Source: an uncultured archaeon
GTDB taxonomy: Archaea > Iainarchaeota > Iainarchaeia > Iainarchaeales > JAAZKV01
Length of the DNA stretch: 43,274 bases
Direction: 5' to 3'
NCBI GenBank assembly: GCA_964605745.1
Contig: CAZSDT010000004.1
Coordinates: forward strand, 1-43,274
In this document: positions 1 to 9,139 of the stretch, one piece after another
Layout of the letters: each line of letters opens with the position of its first letter
Position numbering within the stretch: position 1 is the first letter of the stretch
Made by a program: the position numbers and the translations under genes
The notes under the pieces: generated by a model
Told to the model about the DNA's origin: nothing
Databases searched by the model: none
Seen by the model: the letters and a program-made list of their open reading frames with translations, nothing else

Positions 1-1
1 A

Positions 2-1120
2 GAAGAAATAATGATTGTAGGCCCAAAAAAACCGGTTTATGTATTTCATAGAGAATACGAAATGATGCTAACCAATATTGAATTTTATTCTGAACAAGAA
101 ATTGAAGATTTGGTAAATAAAATTGCAAGAGAAGTAGGAAGAAGAGTAGATGTTGCTTCGCCTCTACTTGATGCAAGATTAGGAGATGGTTCTCGTGTTA
201 ATGCTACAATTCCACCCGCAAGCATAAGCGGAGGAACGGTTACAATAAGAAAATTCCGACAAGACCCCTACTCTATAATTGATTTAATAAATATGGGAAC
301 ACTTTCAAGCGAAGTTGCTGCATTTTTGTGGCTATGTGTTGATGGATTTGGAACAAAACCAGCGAGCATATTAATTTCAGGGGGAACAGGTTCTGGAAAA
401 ACAACTTTACTAAATGTACTAGCTTCATTTATTCCTGATAGAGAAAGAGTAATAACAATTGAAGATACTGCAGAATTAATTTTACCAATAAAACATTGGA
501 TTAGACTTGAAGCACGACCACCAGGATTAGAAGGAACTGGAGAATTACGAATGGATGTACTAACAAAAAATTCGTTAAGAATGAGACCGGATAGAATAAT
601 TGTGGGAGAAATTAGACACGAAGAAGCATTTACTTTATTCACTGCACTAAACACTGGACATGATGGTTCCTTAGGAACCGTGCACGCAAACAGCGCAGAA
701 GAAACTTTAATTAGAGTAATGTCCCCACCAATGAATGTACCAAGCATCATGATGAGCGGACTTGATATGATAATTGTTGAACACCGATATTATGATAGAA
801 AAAAAGGAACTATTAGAAGAATAAGCGAAATTGCTGAAGTGTATGGGGCAATGGAAGGAAAACCAAAAATTGAAACAATATTTCAAAGAGATCCAATAAA
901 AGATAGTTTAGAAAGAACACTAATTCAAAGCAAATACCTAAAAACACTTCAAAACTTCACCGGATACGGGCCAGAAAGAATAGAAGCAGAATTAATTTCA
1001 AGGCAAAAATTTTTAGATGAACTAAAAGAAAAAAATATTAGAGAATTAGAACAAGTATCACAAAAAAGTAAAGACTTTTTGGAAAAAACTAAAGTGGCTG
1101 GTGAAGGAAATGAAATTTGA
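2..1120 (+). CDS. Type IV filament assembly ATPase (FlaI/TadA/EpdL-like); 5' end cut by the window edge
   Basis: The frame is open from base 2 (EEI precedes the first Met). Walker A GGTGSGKTT, DRIIVGEIR, His-box TGHDGSLGTVHAN and DARLGDGSRVNATIPP are typical of GspE/VirB11/FlaI ATPases. Two T2SSF membrane genes follow. Confidence 0.9.
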   Translation, partial: EEIMIVGPKKPVYVFHREYEMMLTNIEFYSEQEIEDLVNKIAREVGRRVDVASPLLDARLGDGSRVNATIPPASISGGTVTIRKFRQDPYSIIDLINMGTLSSEVAAFLWLCVDGFGTKPASILISGGTGSGKTTLLNVLASFIPDRERVITIEDTAELILPIKHWIRLEARPPGLEGTGELRMDVLTKNSLRMRPDRIIVGEIRHEEAFTLFTALNTGHDGSLGTVHANSAEETLIRVMSPPMNVPSIMMSGLDMIIVEHRYYDRKKGTIRRISEIAEVYGAMEGKPKIETIFQRDPIKDSLERTLIQSKYLKTLQNFTGYGPERIEAELISRQKFLDELKEKNIRELEQVSQKSKDFLEKTKVAGEGNEI

Positions 1121-2216
1121 AAGTGCAGCCAACAAAGAAGAAGTTGACCAAATCGTTGAAACAATGAAAAGAAAATATCGAAACGAAGGAATGGAATTTG
1201 AAGAAGTATCGGGAGGATTAAAAGAATTACGCGGAATAATTGAAGAAGATACTTATGCAAAAGCAGATATTAATAACAAAGATGATTTAGATGCATTCAA
1301 TTCTGATTTAGCTCAAAAAGTTGGAGCATTTTATTTAAAAATGAAAAAATATTTAACTCCAATAAAAGAAGGATTAAAAAAATTTCCACTTAGTAACGAA
1401 ACAGGATATTACTTATACTCTGCAAACATGAACTATTCTTCAAACCAATACCTTGCATTAACAAGTGCAGCAGGATTAATTGCATTATTATTTGGATTCA
1501 TTGCTGGATTATTTTTAGGAATAATATTTGCAACAACCACAAAAAATTATGCACTTGCAACAATGCTTCCTTTAATACTTGCTCCAATTTCTTCAATAGT
1601 TACAATGTTATTTGTTCTTAACATACCACGACAAAAAGCTAATGCTCGAGGAGCATCATGCACTGCAGAACTACCTTTTGCATTAAGACACATGGCAACA
1701 GAACTTAGAGCGGGTTTAGGATTATACAAAACAAGACAAGCAGTAACAGCAGCTAATTATGGAGTACTAAGCGAAGAATTTGCAAGAAGTATAACAGAGA
1801 TAGAAGAAGGAACAGAAACCAGCGTAGCACTAAAACACTTAGCACTAAGAACACAAAGTAAACCACTAAAAAGCGCACTTAACCACATGCTAAGAGCGAT
1901 GAGAGTAGGAGGAAACTTATCTGATATTATGAATGAAATTGCGGAAGAAGTTTCAGATGATTTGAAAAACAGAATAAATACATTCTCTCAAGAAATGAAT
2001 TTTTTTGCAGTAATATTTATTTTTGTTTGTATAGTAATGCCAACAGCAATACTAATTTTAGGGGCAATTAGAAATTCTGCAACTAGTGGAGGAAAAGAAT
2101 TATTTCGCGCAGTACCTTTAACTCCAGAAATAATGATAATATTTTATTTAATAATAATGCCTCTAATATTTATTGCACTAAATTATTTTATTTACATATC
2201 TCAACCAAAAATGTGA
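1101..2216 (+). CDS. Pilus platform membrane protein, T2SSF domain (TadB/EpdJ-like half of FlaJ)
   Basis: Cytoplasmic helical domain LPFALRHMATELRAGLGLY...LRAMRVGGNLSDIMNEIAEEV is flanked by TM segments. Overlaps the ATPase stop by 20 nt. Confidence 0.8.
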   Translation: MKEMKFESAANKEEVDQIVETMKRKYRNEGMEFEEVSGGLKELRGIIEEDTYAKADINNKDDLDAFNSDLAQKVGAFYLKMKKYLTPIKEGLKKFPLSNETGYYLYSANMNYSSNQYLALTSAAGLIALLFGFIAGLFLGIIFATTTKNYALATMLPLILAPISSIVTMLFVLNIPRQKANARGASCTAELPFALRHMATELRAGLGLYKTRQAVTAANYGVLSEEFARSITEIEEGTETSVALKHLALRTQSKPLKSALNHMLRAMRVGGNLSDIMNEIAEEVSDDLKNRINTFSQEMNFFAVIFIFVCIVMPTAILILGAIRNSATSGGKELFRAVPLTPEIMIIFYLIIMPLIFIALNYFIYISQPKM

Positions 2217-2222
2217 TTAAAC

Positions 2223-3188
2223 ATGGCTACACTAAAAGACCCAAACAACAAAATATCAAATGCACTATCCGAAATATATTATCAAATAACTGATAGTTCA
2301 CCAATTAGAAAATATCAAAATTGGATTGATTTTAGCCAAATAAATTATCCTGCACCAATTTGGATAGGGGCATCAATTGCAACAAGCATATTCACAGGAA
2401 TAATTGCATTCGCATTAAGCACATTACTAATACAAGAATTTACTCTAATTCCATTCTCTTTTGGACTCGCAACATTAATACTAATGCTTGGATACCCTTA
2501 CATGAAAAAAGAATCGCTAATTGACTCAATTGAAAAAAATTTTAGTGATGCATTAAAACAAATGGCGGATACACTAAAGGCTGGAGATACTTATGAGAAT
2601 GCATTAAGAGAAGTTGTAAATGCAGAATATGGAAGATTATCAGATGAAATGCAACTATCCTTAAGAAGAATGGAAGATGGGGAAAATTTAGATACAGCAC
2701 TAACAGGATTTGCTAATAGAGTAGATTCAATAAGAATAAAACGAACAATAACAATAATATTAGATTCAATAAAAACAGGATCATCTTTATCTGATATCTT
2801 AAACGAAATTGCGGATGATTTAAGAGATTACCAAAGATTAAAAGAAGAAAGAAAAGCAAGCACAACAATGCAATTCTTATTTTTAATTGCAGCAGGAGGA
2901 TTTATTGCTCCAATAATTTTTGGAGAAATTGGATCAGTAATGGGCGGATTTTCAAGAATAGGAATGCGAGAATTAAATTTAGATGCACCAAAAGATGTTT
3001 TCTTGACAACAATAATTCAACTTTATATTATAATTGAAGTAATTGGTTCAGGAGTAATGATGGCATTGATAAGAGAAGGAAAAATTAACAAAAGCATTAT
3101 ATACATCCCGCTGCTATTATTGATAGCATTTGTTGTATATCACACATCAAAAATTATTATTATGGGAATGGTTGTTGGTTCATTATGA
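2223..3188 (+). CDS. Pilus platform membrane protein, T2SSF domain (TadC/EpdK-like half of FlaJ)
   Basis: FSDALKQMADTLKAGDTYENAL...ILDSIKTGSSLSDILNEIADDL between TM segments. Paralogous to the preceding gene. Confidence 0.8.
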   Translation: MATLKDPNNKISNALSEIYYQITDSSPIRKYQNWIDFSQINYPAPIWIGASIATSIFTGIIAFALSTLLIQEFTLIPFSFGLATLILMLGYPYMKKESLIDSIEKNFSDALKQMADTLKAGDTYENALREVVNAEYGRLSDEMQLSLRRMEDGENLDTALTGFANRVDSIRIKRTITIILDSIKTGSSLSDILNEIADDLRDYQRLKEERKASTTMQFLFLIAAGGFIAPIIFGEIGSVMGGFSRIGMRELNLDAPKDVFLTTIIQLYIIIEVIGSGVMMALIREGKINKSIIYIPLLLLIAFVVYHTSKIIIMGMVVGSL

Positions 3189-3328
3189 TAGAAGAAAAAG
3201 CCCAAATAAATTTAGAATATTTACTAATAGTTGTTGCAGGAGTTGCATTAGTTACAATCGTTGCAATTTATATTAAAGGAATTGCAAACACAAGCGCAGA
3301 TGCTACAAGAGCAAAAGCAAATAATTAA
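3185..3328 (+). CDS. Very short prepilin (47 aa), class III signal peptide; not in the ORF track
   Basis: MIEEKAQINLEYLLIVVAGVALVTIVAIYIKGIANTSADATRAKANN. Its ATG overlaps the upstream TGA (ATGA). It has a KA|Q leader followed by a hydrophobic helix. Confidence 0.6.
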   Translation: MIEEKAQINLEYLLIVVAGVALVTIVAIYIKGIANTSADATRAKANN

Positions 3329-3349
3329 AAAAAAAAGTCAAAAGTAAGG

Positions 3350-3359
3350 TTTAAAAATA
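3350..3359 (+). promoter_or_regulatory. TATA-like box (tttaaaaata) upstream of the 59-aa pilin gene; GGGAGGG Shine-Dalgarno at 3389-3395
   Basis: AT box lies ~45-50 nt upstream of the ATG at 3403. A strong purine-rich RBS lies 8 nt upstream of the ATG. Confidence 0.35.
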
Positions 3360-3402
3360 ACAAAAACGTACTAAATCTAATAAATTAAGGGAGGGAAACC
3401 AC

Positions 3403-3582
3403 ATGGAGCAGAAAGCACAAGGAGCAATAGAATACTTACTAATAATTGGAGCAGCTATTTTAGTTGTTGCAATAGTAATAATCGCATTATCCGGAGTTTT
3501 GACAGGTGCAAGACAAGATCAAAACGGAATGGATGATCTTAATAAGGCAAAGGATCAATTAAGAAAAGATGGAAATCTATAA
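3403..3582 (+). CDS. Short prepilin (59 aa), candidate major pilin; not in the ORF track
   Basis: MEQKAQGAIEYLLIIGAAILVVAIVIIALSGVLTGARQDQNGMDDLNKAKDQLRKDGNL. It has its own TATA-like box, a strong SD and a downstream hairpin with a T-run. Confidence 0.75.
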   Translation: MEQKAQGAIEYLLIIGAAILVVAIVIIALSGVLTGARQDQNGMDDLNKAKDQLRKDGNL

Positions 3583-3596
3583 AAATTCTAATTTTT

Positions 3597-3625
3597 GGAG
3601 AGACCTATTATTTTAGGTCTTTTCC
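3597..3625 (+). terminator. Hairpin plus T-tract after the 59-aa pilin gene
   Basis: ggagAGACCTattattttAGGTCTtttcc. The 6-bp core stem is extendable with mismatches and is followed by T-rich sequence. Confidence 0.4.
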
Positions 3626-3680
3626 AATTTAACTTTTTTATTTTAATACAAATAACAACTTAATTTTTGAATCTAAAAAG

Positions 3681-3688
3681 TTTATATA
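3681..3688 (+). promoter_or_regulatory. TATA box (tttatata) for the 109-aa pilin gene
   Basis: aaaaagTTTATATAct lies ~36-43 nt upstream of the ATG at 3724, implying a short leader. Confidence 0.35.
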
Positions 3689-3723
3689 CTTGAACTTATC
3701 TAATAAGATAGAGTGTTTTAATT

Positions 3724-4053
3724 ATGAATTATAGGGGACAAGGTTCTTTAGAATATTTAATGTTAATTGCGGCAGCTGTTGTTATTGTAGCAGTAGTGAT
3801 TTCTTTTATTGCGAGCATGATACCAACCGTGCAAGATGCAGGGAATGAAAAAAATTATGATTTTATTTGCAACACTTTAGATTCAAATACATTTGAATGT
3901 GGGTGTTACTTGTGCGATAGCAGTAGGAGAGGAATTAATCCTGCTACAAATTCACCCACAAATTTAATTGAAACACCCAATACAATAGGATGCGAAGCAC
4001 TAGCTGATCTACGAAATAGCCCTTCATTAAAAAGATGCACAACATATAACTAA
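3724..4053 (+). CDS. Prepilin-like protein with a Cys-rich C-terminal domain
   Basis: MNYRGQGSLEYLMLIAAAVVIVAVVISF has an RG|Q leader and a hydrophobic helix. The C-terminal part has 6 Cys, including CGCYLC. Confidence 0.7.
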   Translation: MNYRGQGSLEYLMLIAAAVVIVAVVISFIASMIPTVQDAGNEKNYDFICNTLDSNTFECGCYLCDSSRRGINPATNSPTNLIETPNTIGCEALADLRNSPSLKRCTTYN

Positions 4054-4091
4054 AAAAAATAAATTAAACTTCAAAAAAGTGATTAAACAAA

Positions 4092-4265
4092 ATGGAAGAA
4101 CGTGCACAAGTTTCTTTTGAATACCTATTAACTGCTTCATTTGCAATATTACTTGCAATATTTGCTGCGATATTAGTTGAAACCTTAAGAGGAATTGCAT
4201 TAAAAGCACAGGCGGAAATACTTTCAACAAGAGCAAGAGTAATAGAAAATATACTTTCAAACTAA
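4092..4265 (+). CDS. Short prepilin (57 aa); not in the ORF track
   Basis: MEERAQVSFEYLLTASFAILLAIFAAILVETLRGIALKAQAEILSTRARVIENILSN. It shares the [KR]AQxx[FIL]EYLL signature of the other short pilins. Confidence 0.65.
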   Translation: MEERAQVSFEYLLTASFAILLAIFAAILVETLRGIALKAQAEILSTRARVIENILSN

Positions 4266-4364
4266 TTTGGAAAAATTTAATAAATAAAGAACAAAACCAA
4301 GACTCTTTTGTGTAAAAAACAAAACACTAAGATTAAAAACAAGAAAACCAATTAAATCTAACAC

Positions 4365-5486
4365 ATGGAAATAATCATCCTAAGCCAAATATTTTACATA
4401 ACAATAATTATTTCAATATTAGGGCTAATTGCTGCAACTTACACTGATTTGAAAGAAAGAATTGTACCAAATAAATTAAATTATGGATTAGCAATAATTG
4501 GATTAATTTTATTTGCAATACAATCAATAATGCAAAATAGCCCCTTGCCATTTATCTATTCTTTTTTTGGAATGAGTATTGGCTTCTTTTTTGGATGGAT
4601 AATGTGGAAAGCAGGAATATTTGCAGGAGGAGATGTTAAGTTATTTATGGGATTAGGCGCACTAAATCCTTTTACTCCAGCACTAATAAAAATAGGATTA
4701 TTGACAAATTCAAGTTTGCCACTATTCCCAATAACTTTATTTATTTACTCCCTATTTGCTTTTTTGCCTTATGGAATATTTATAGTATTAATTAGATTAT
4801 CTAAAAACAAAAAAATGCAAAAAGAAATATTTGAAGAAATGAAACCAAAAATACTTCTTTCAATCCACGTGGCTCTGTTTGCTTCAGCCGCATACGCAAT
4901 ACTCACAAATTATTCAATTAATTCTCTTTGGACGATTCTATTAGTGCTAATTTGGGGGGCATTCAAATCAAATAAAAAATATGTAACAATACTAACCATA
5001 CTTGTTGCACTAATTCTAAACTATCTTCTATTTACAAATGCATTAATTGCAGCAATGCTTTTTAGTGTAATATTTTATTCTTTAATAAAAATACTTTTTT
5101 CAGTAAAAAGGGTACTTGTTAGTGAAATAGAAGTAAAAAAATTGACAGAAGGAATGATACCTGCAAAAACCCTTATATGGAAAGGAAAAAAAGTTGTAGA
5201 ACTTGAGGGAATAAATTTAAGCACAATTGCAAAATTAATTAAAGAAAAAAATTCTAATGCTATAAAAGAAATGCTTGCACCAAAAAAAGAAATAATTTCT
5301 GGAGTAAAAGCAAGAGGACTAAATGATGAAGAATTGAAAATTGTAAAACAATTGGCAAAAGAAGGTCTTATCCCAAAGAAAATGCAAATAAAGGAAAGCA
5401 TGCCTTTTGTTCCCACAATGCTCTTAGGTTATATTTTATGTTTAATTTTAGGGGATATAATATTTTTATTTATAGGAGTAATTTAG
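4365..5486 (+). CDS. Prepilin/preflagellin peptidase, A24 family (PibD/FlaK/EppA-like)
   Basis: Polytopic membrane protein with both catalytic Asp contexts, TYTDLKERIVPN and FAGGDVKLFMGLG. A ~100-aa soluble insert precedes the last TM (ESMPFVPTMLLGY). Confidence 0.8.
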   Translation: MEIIILSQIFYITIIISILGLIAATYTDLKERIVPNKLNYGLAIIGLILFAIQSIMQNSPLPFIYSFFGMSIGFFFGWIMWKAGIFAGGDVKLFMGLGALNPFTPALIKIGLLTNSSLPLFPITLFIYSLFAFLPYGIFIVLIRLSKNKKMQKEIFEEMKPKILLSIHVALFASAAYAILTNYSINSLWTILLVLIWGAFKSNKKYVTILTILVALILNYLLFTNALIAAMLFSVIFYSLIKILFSVKRVLVSEIEVKKLTEGMIPAKTLIWKGKKVVELEGINLSTIAKLIKEKNSNAIKEMLAPKKEIISGVKARGLNDEELKIVKQLAKEGLIPKKMQIKESMPFVPTMLLGYILCLILGDIIFLFIGVI

Positions 5487-5487
5487 A

Positions 5488-5934
5488 ATGCAAAAAGGAC
5501 AAGCAGTTATTGAATTTATATTATTAATTCTAATAATAGTTGTTTATTTGGTTTCAGTAACTATGCCAATGGTCGAAAACACCCAAAAAATTATAGAAGA
5601 CACTGAAAACATAACAAGAGCAAATAATGAGTGCCAAAAAATAACTAATTCCATAAACGAAATAAATTTATTTGGAAATGAATCAAAACAAACGTTAGTT
5701 TTATTTGTCCCAAAAAACACTACAATAAATTGCGATAATACACTTGGAATAACATTCAAGACACAACTTACACAAACACCCTTTCCAGTAAATTGCACCA
5801 ACGGGATTTGCACTAAAACATTTAAAACAAACACCCCACTAAATTGCTTACTAAAAGAAATTAAAGGACCACAAAAAATAAATGTTCTAATACGAAAAAT
5901 AAATGATACAATTACTTTTTTAAAAAGTGAATAA
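5488..5934 (+). CDS. Prepilin-like protein (148 aa)
   Basis: MQKGQAVIEFILLILIIVVYLVSV (KG|Q plus hydrophobic helix). The globular part has 6 Cys and several N-x-S/T sequons. Confidence 0.6.
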   Translation: MQKGQAVIEFILLILIIVVYLVSVTMPMVENTQKIIEDTENITRANNECQKITNSINEINLFGNESKQTLVLFVPKNTTINCDNTLGITFKTQLTQTPFPVNCTNGICTKTFKTNTPLNCLLKEIKGPQKINVLIRKINDTITFLKSE

Positions 5935-5935
5935 A

Positions 5936-6268
5936 ATGAATCACTACGGACAACTTGCTTTTGAAAGTCTACTAATATTGTTAATTGTGCTTAGCTCGGC
6001 AAGTATAATACTTTCACTTTATTTACAACTCCATGATGAAACATTGGCTTTGGAATACGCGAGAATAGGAACGCTTGAAGAATTATCAAAACAAAGTAAC
6101 AATGTAATAATTGAAAAAATTGAGCTACAAAAAAAAAATCAAATACCAACAATAACAATTATGTTGGATCAAAATGCGATTATTAACAGCACGGCAATAG
6201 AAAATACAATAAAAGAAAATACAAGTTTAAAAAATATTAAAATAGAAGTAAAAGTTATACGTCAATAA
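5936..6268 (+). CDS. Prepilin-like protein (110 aa from the ATG)
   Basis: MNHYGQLAFESLLILLIVLSSASIIL. ATG 5936 is preferred to the track's GTG 5927 because it starts just after the upstream stop. Confidence 0.5.
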   Translation: MNHYGQLAFESLLILLIVLSSASIILSLYLQLHDETLALEYARIGTLEELSKQSNNVIIEKIELQKKNQIPTITIMLDQNAIINSTAIENTIKENTSLKNIKIEVKVIRQ

Positions 6269-6315
6269 ACGAAAACAAAGCAACTTATTTTTAAACAAGC
6301 AATCAAAAATTGTAA

Positions 6316-6639
6316 ATGAACGAAAAACAAATAGCACAACTATGTCTTTGCTTAACACTAATTAGTTTAATTATATTAATTTTTAGCTACAAACCTGATT
6401 TTGAAGAAAAAACAATTCAAGAAATTTTAGAAACGCCAAATTCAAAAGGAAAAATAATAGGAAGAGTTGAATATGTTGTAAAAAATTATCCAATTACAAT
6501 ATTTACTATAACTGACGGAACTAGCGCAACAATTTATTATCCAAAACCAATTACATTAGAACAAAATGATTTTGTCAGCGCGTATGTGGAAAATCAAGGA
6601 CAGCAAAGTTTATTCGCCCAAAAAGTGGTGAAAGAATGA
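6316..6639 (+). CDS. N-terminally membrane-anchored small beta-rich (OB-fold-like) protein
   Basis: One N-terminal TM (LCLCLTLISLIILIF), then KGKIIGRVEYVVKNYPITIFTITDGTSATIYY...FVSAYVENQG, resembling an OB barrel. The assignment is tentative. Confidence 0.35.
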   Translation: MNEKQIAQLCLCLTLISLIILIFSYKPDFEEKTIQEILETPNSKGKIIGRVEYVVKNYPITIFTITDGTSATIYYPKPITLEQNDFVSAYVENQGQQSLFAQKVVKE

Positions 6640-7802
6640 TTTTTTGGTGTATTCTTGGCACACTAGCTGGAATAATTGCAGGATTAATTCCAGGACTTCA
6701 CTCAAATAACATAGCAATCGCTCTTGCTTTTACTCCATTTTTTGGAATAGAAATAACTGCATTTATGTTATCAATGTGCATAACCCAATCTTTTGTTGAA
6801 TTTATTCCATCAACTTTTTTAGGGGCACCAAGCGAAAATACATTTGAAAGTATTTTACCAGCGCACAAATTACTTTTAGAAGGAAAAGCACTAGAAGCAA
6901 TAAATCACACGGTGTTTGGAGGAATAATTGCAGTAATTGTTGGAGCAATAATGACTATTCCTTTTTTTATTTTTTTAGAACAAAACTCAACGCAAATAAT
7001 AATTTTAACCCCTATAATATTAATTTTTGCTTTAATTATTTTTATAACTGAAGAAAAAAACACAAAGAAAAAATTAATTATTTTATTTATAATTATTTCT
7101 GCAGGCGGGCAAGGATTTTTATTTAAAAATCAAATATTCCCACTAATCAGCGGATATTTTGGAATTGCGGGATTAATTTATTCGTTGAAAGAACAAGAAG
7201 AAATAAAAAAAATTAATCAAAGCGAAGAATGCAAAATAGAAAAAGAAAACATAAAAGATGCCTTAGTGGGAGTAATAGGAGGAGCAATTGTTTCAGTAAT
7301 GCCAGGAATTGGGAGCAATACTGCAGGAGGAATAATTAATGTATTTCGAAAAACTACAAACCCCGAAAATTATTTAACAATGCTTGGGGCAATAAATGCA
7401 TCCAATTTCTTTTTCTCATTTGCAATGTTATTAGCATTATCAAAAGCAAGAAACGGAACTATGATTGCACTAGCTGACAAAATATTTTACACACAAGAAA
7501 CACTTTTTATTGGAACAATAATAATGCTTTTTGCAGCAGGGGTTGGGGGTTTATGCACAATAATTATTGCAAAAAAAGCAATTCATTTATTTAATGAACA
7601 AAACACAAAAAGATTAAACATATTCTGCTTAATTTTCATAATTGCACTCATTGGAATCACAAATGGGGTAGTTGGACTTATTGCGGCTCTTTTTTCCTCA
7701 GCATTAGGAATTTACACAATTAGCCAAAACATAAGAAGAAGCACACTAATGTCAAGTTTAATTGTGCCCACAATCTTTTTCTATCTTTTCATCCTACTTT
7801 AA
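6636..7802 (+). CDS. Polytopic membrane protein, TctA/DUF112-like
   Basis: About 10 or more TM segments. N-terminal GIIAGLIPGLHSNN and a second VMPGIGSNTAGG repeat resemble the duplicated G-x-x-PG-x-G motif of the TctA/DUF112 family. ATGA overlap with the upstream gene. Confidence 0.45.
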   Translation: MIFWCILGTLAGIIAGLIPGLHSNNIAIALAFTPFFGIEITAFMLSMCITQSFVEFIPSTFLGAPSENTFESILPAHKLLLEGKALEAINHTVFGGIIAVIVGAIMTIPFFIFLEQNSTQIIILTPIILIFALIIFITEEKNTKKKLIILFIIISAGGQGFLFKNQIFPLISGYFGIAGLIYSLKEQEEIKKINQSEECKIEKENIKDALVGVIGGAIVSVMPGIGSNTAGGIINVFRKTTNPENYLTMLGAINASNFFFSFAMLLALSKARNGTMIALADKIFYTQETLFIGTIIMLFAAGVGGLCTIIIAKKAIHLFNEQNTKRLNIFCLIFIIALIGITNGVVGLIAALFSSALGIYTISQNIRRSTLMSSLIVPTIFFYLFILL

Positions 7803-7804
7803 TT

Positions 7805-8167
7805 ATGTGGGAAATAAAAAAAGATTTACTTAATGAATTACTTAGTGCGGCAAAAAACAATTACCCTAATGAATTTATTTGTTTTTTAGGAGGAGATTCT
7901 AAAAATAACAAAATAACTGAATTTGTATTTTTACCAAGTGAAAATGACAAACATTCAGCGAGTGTAAATTTGCAATCAATTCCCCTGGATGATACAATAA
8001 TAGGAAGTTTACATTCACACCCTAATTCAAGCAATGCACCTAGTAAAGCTGATAAAAAATTATTTATTAAATATCATATCAACTTAATCTTTGGATATCC
8101 TTTTCTAATAGAAAATATAGGTGTCTATGACAACAAAAGTAATAAAATTTCAATAGACTTAATTTAG
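7805..8167 (+). CDS. JAB/MPN+ (JAMM) metalloprotease
   Basis: Complete JAMM motif: upstream Glu (YPNEFICFLGG) and HSHPNSSNAPSKAD (H-x-H-x7-S-x2-D). Confidence 0.8.
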   Translation: MWEIKKDLLNELLSAAKNNYPNEFICFLGGDSKNNKITEFVFLPSENDKHSASVNLQSIPLDDTIIGSLHSHPNSSNAPSKADKKLFIKYHINLIFGYPFLIENIGVYDNKSNKISIDLI

Positions 8168-8223
8168 AAAGACAAATTTGAAGATAAGGCATAATTTAAA
8201 AGAACAAAAGAGATTAATCTAAA

Positions 8224-8643
8224 ATGCAAAAAGGACAAATAAGCATTGATTTATTGCTTACCATTTTAGCGGCAATAATAATATTGGTTTCATTTAACAC
8301 CTTAATAAACTCTTCTTATTTAAGCCAAGATAAAATAAATACAAAACAACAACTTGACTTGGAAAATGAAAAAATAGTTAATTTAATTACACAAACACAA
8401 ATGATTGATGATTCTAATTTTACAATAAGTACAACACTCACAAAAATATATTATTTAACTGAAAATAAAATTCAATTACGCGAATACCCTGATATTAATA
8501 TTCAAAACAATACACTAATTTTGTCAATAACTACAGAAAAAGAAAAAATTGAATCATCAAAAAAATTTGCAAAGAACCAAAACACAAAAATAATTTTAGG
8601 AACCAATGAATTAAAAGGATCTATAGTGATTACAAATGAATAA
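8224..8643 (+). CDS. Prepilin-like protein (139 aa)
   Basis: MQKGQISIDLLLTILAAIIILVSF (KG|Q plus hydrophobic helix). Confidence 0.6.
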   Translation: MQKGQISIDLLLTILAAIIILVSFNTLINSSYLSQDKINTKQQLDLENEKIVNLITQTQMIDDSNFTISTTLTKIYYLTENKIQLREYPDINIQNNTLILSITTEKEKIESSKKFAKNQNTKIILGTNELKGSIVITNE

Positions 8644-9139
8644 AGGACAGCTTTTTTCAATTGATTTACTGTTCGGAGTAATCTTGCTATTGTTTGGAAT
8701 AGGAATATTAATAAGTGCGGCAGAAATAAACAGCTATAATCAAAAACAAGAAAATAATTATAATGAACTTTTAACTAAAACTATTTTGGCATCGCAGGTA
8801 ATAACAAACTCTACTGAATGGGACTGCAATTTTGGTGAAACTCACGCAGCATATTCATTGAATAAAGACAAGTTTTCAATTGCATTTGGCAACACAACAA
8901 CAAAAATAAAAGAAAAAGCAAATCTTTTGGATTATAACATAAGGATAACAGTAGGGGACACGCCTCCATTATATGAAGAATTAATAAATTCAAAAGATGT
9001 TGTTGTATATACTTTAGATATTCTCACATGCAATAACACAACAGATTTTAATATGCTAAAAAAATGCATGAGTACAGATTCAACTTGCTATAATAATTTT
9101 ATCAAAAAAGAAACATTCAAACTGATGGTGGCAAAATGA
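8636..9139 (+). CDS. Prepilin-like protein (167 aa)
   Basis: MNKGQLFSIDLLFGVILLLFGIGILI. Overlaps the upstream gene by 8 nt. Confidence 0.6.
   Translation: MNKGQLFSIDLLFGVILLLFGIGILISAAEINSYNQKQENNYNELLTKTILASQVITNSTEWDCNFGETHAAYSLNKDKFSIAFGNTTTKIKEKANLLDYNIRITVGDTPPLYEELINSKDVVVYTLDILTCNNTTDFNMLKKCMSTDSTCYNNFIKKETFKLMVAK

Noticed and set aside
268-750. 160-aa antisense ORF inside the pilus ATPase. Similar antisense ORFs lie inside other confidently assigned genes (e.g. 11094-11519, 12639-13055, 17536-17895, 30610-30885, 32456-32797, 38878-39306).
   Set aside because: Each overlaps a gene with strong family motifs on the other strand and has no motifs of its own. These are typical shadow ORFs.
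1101-3188. The two adjacent T2SSF genes could be a FlaJ/TadC gene split by a frameshift (pseudogene).
   Set aside because: Each ORF has its own start and its own complete cytoplasmic T2SSF-type helical domain plus TM segments. Separate half-size platform genes are the normal arrangement in Tad (TadB/TadC) and Epd (EpdJ/EpdK) systems.
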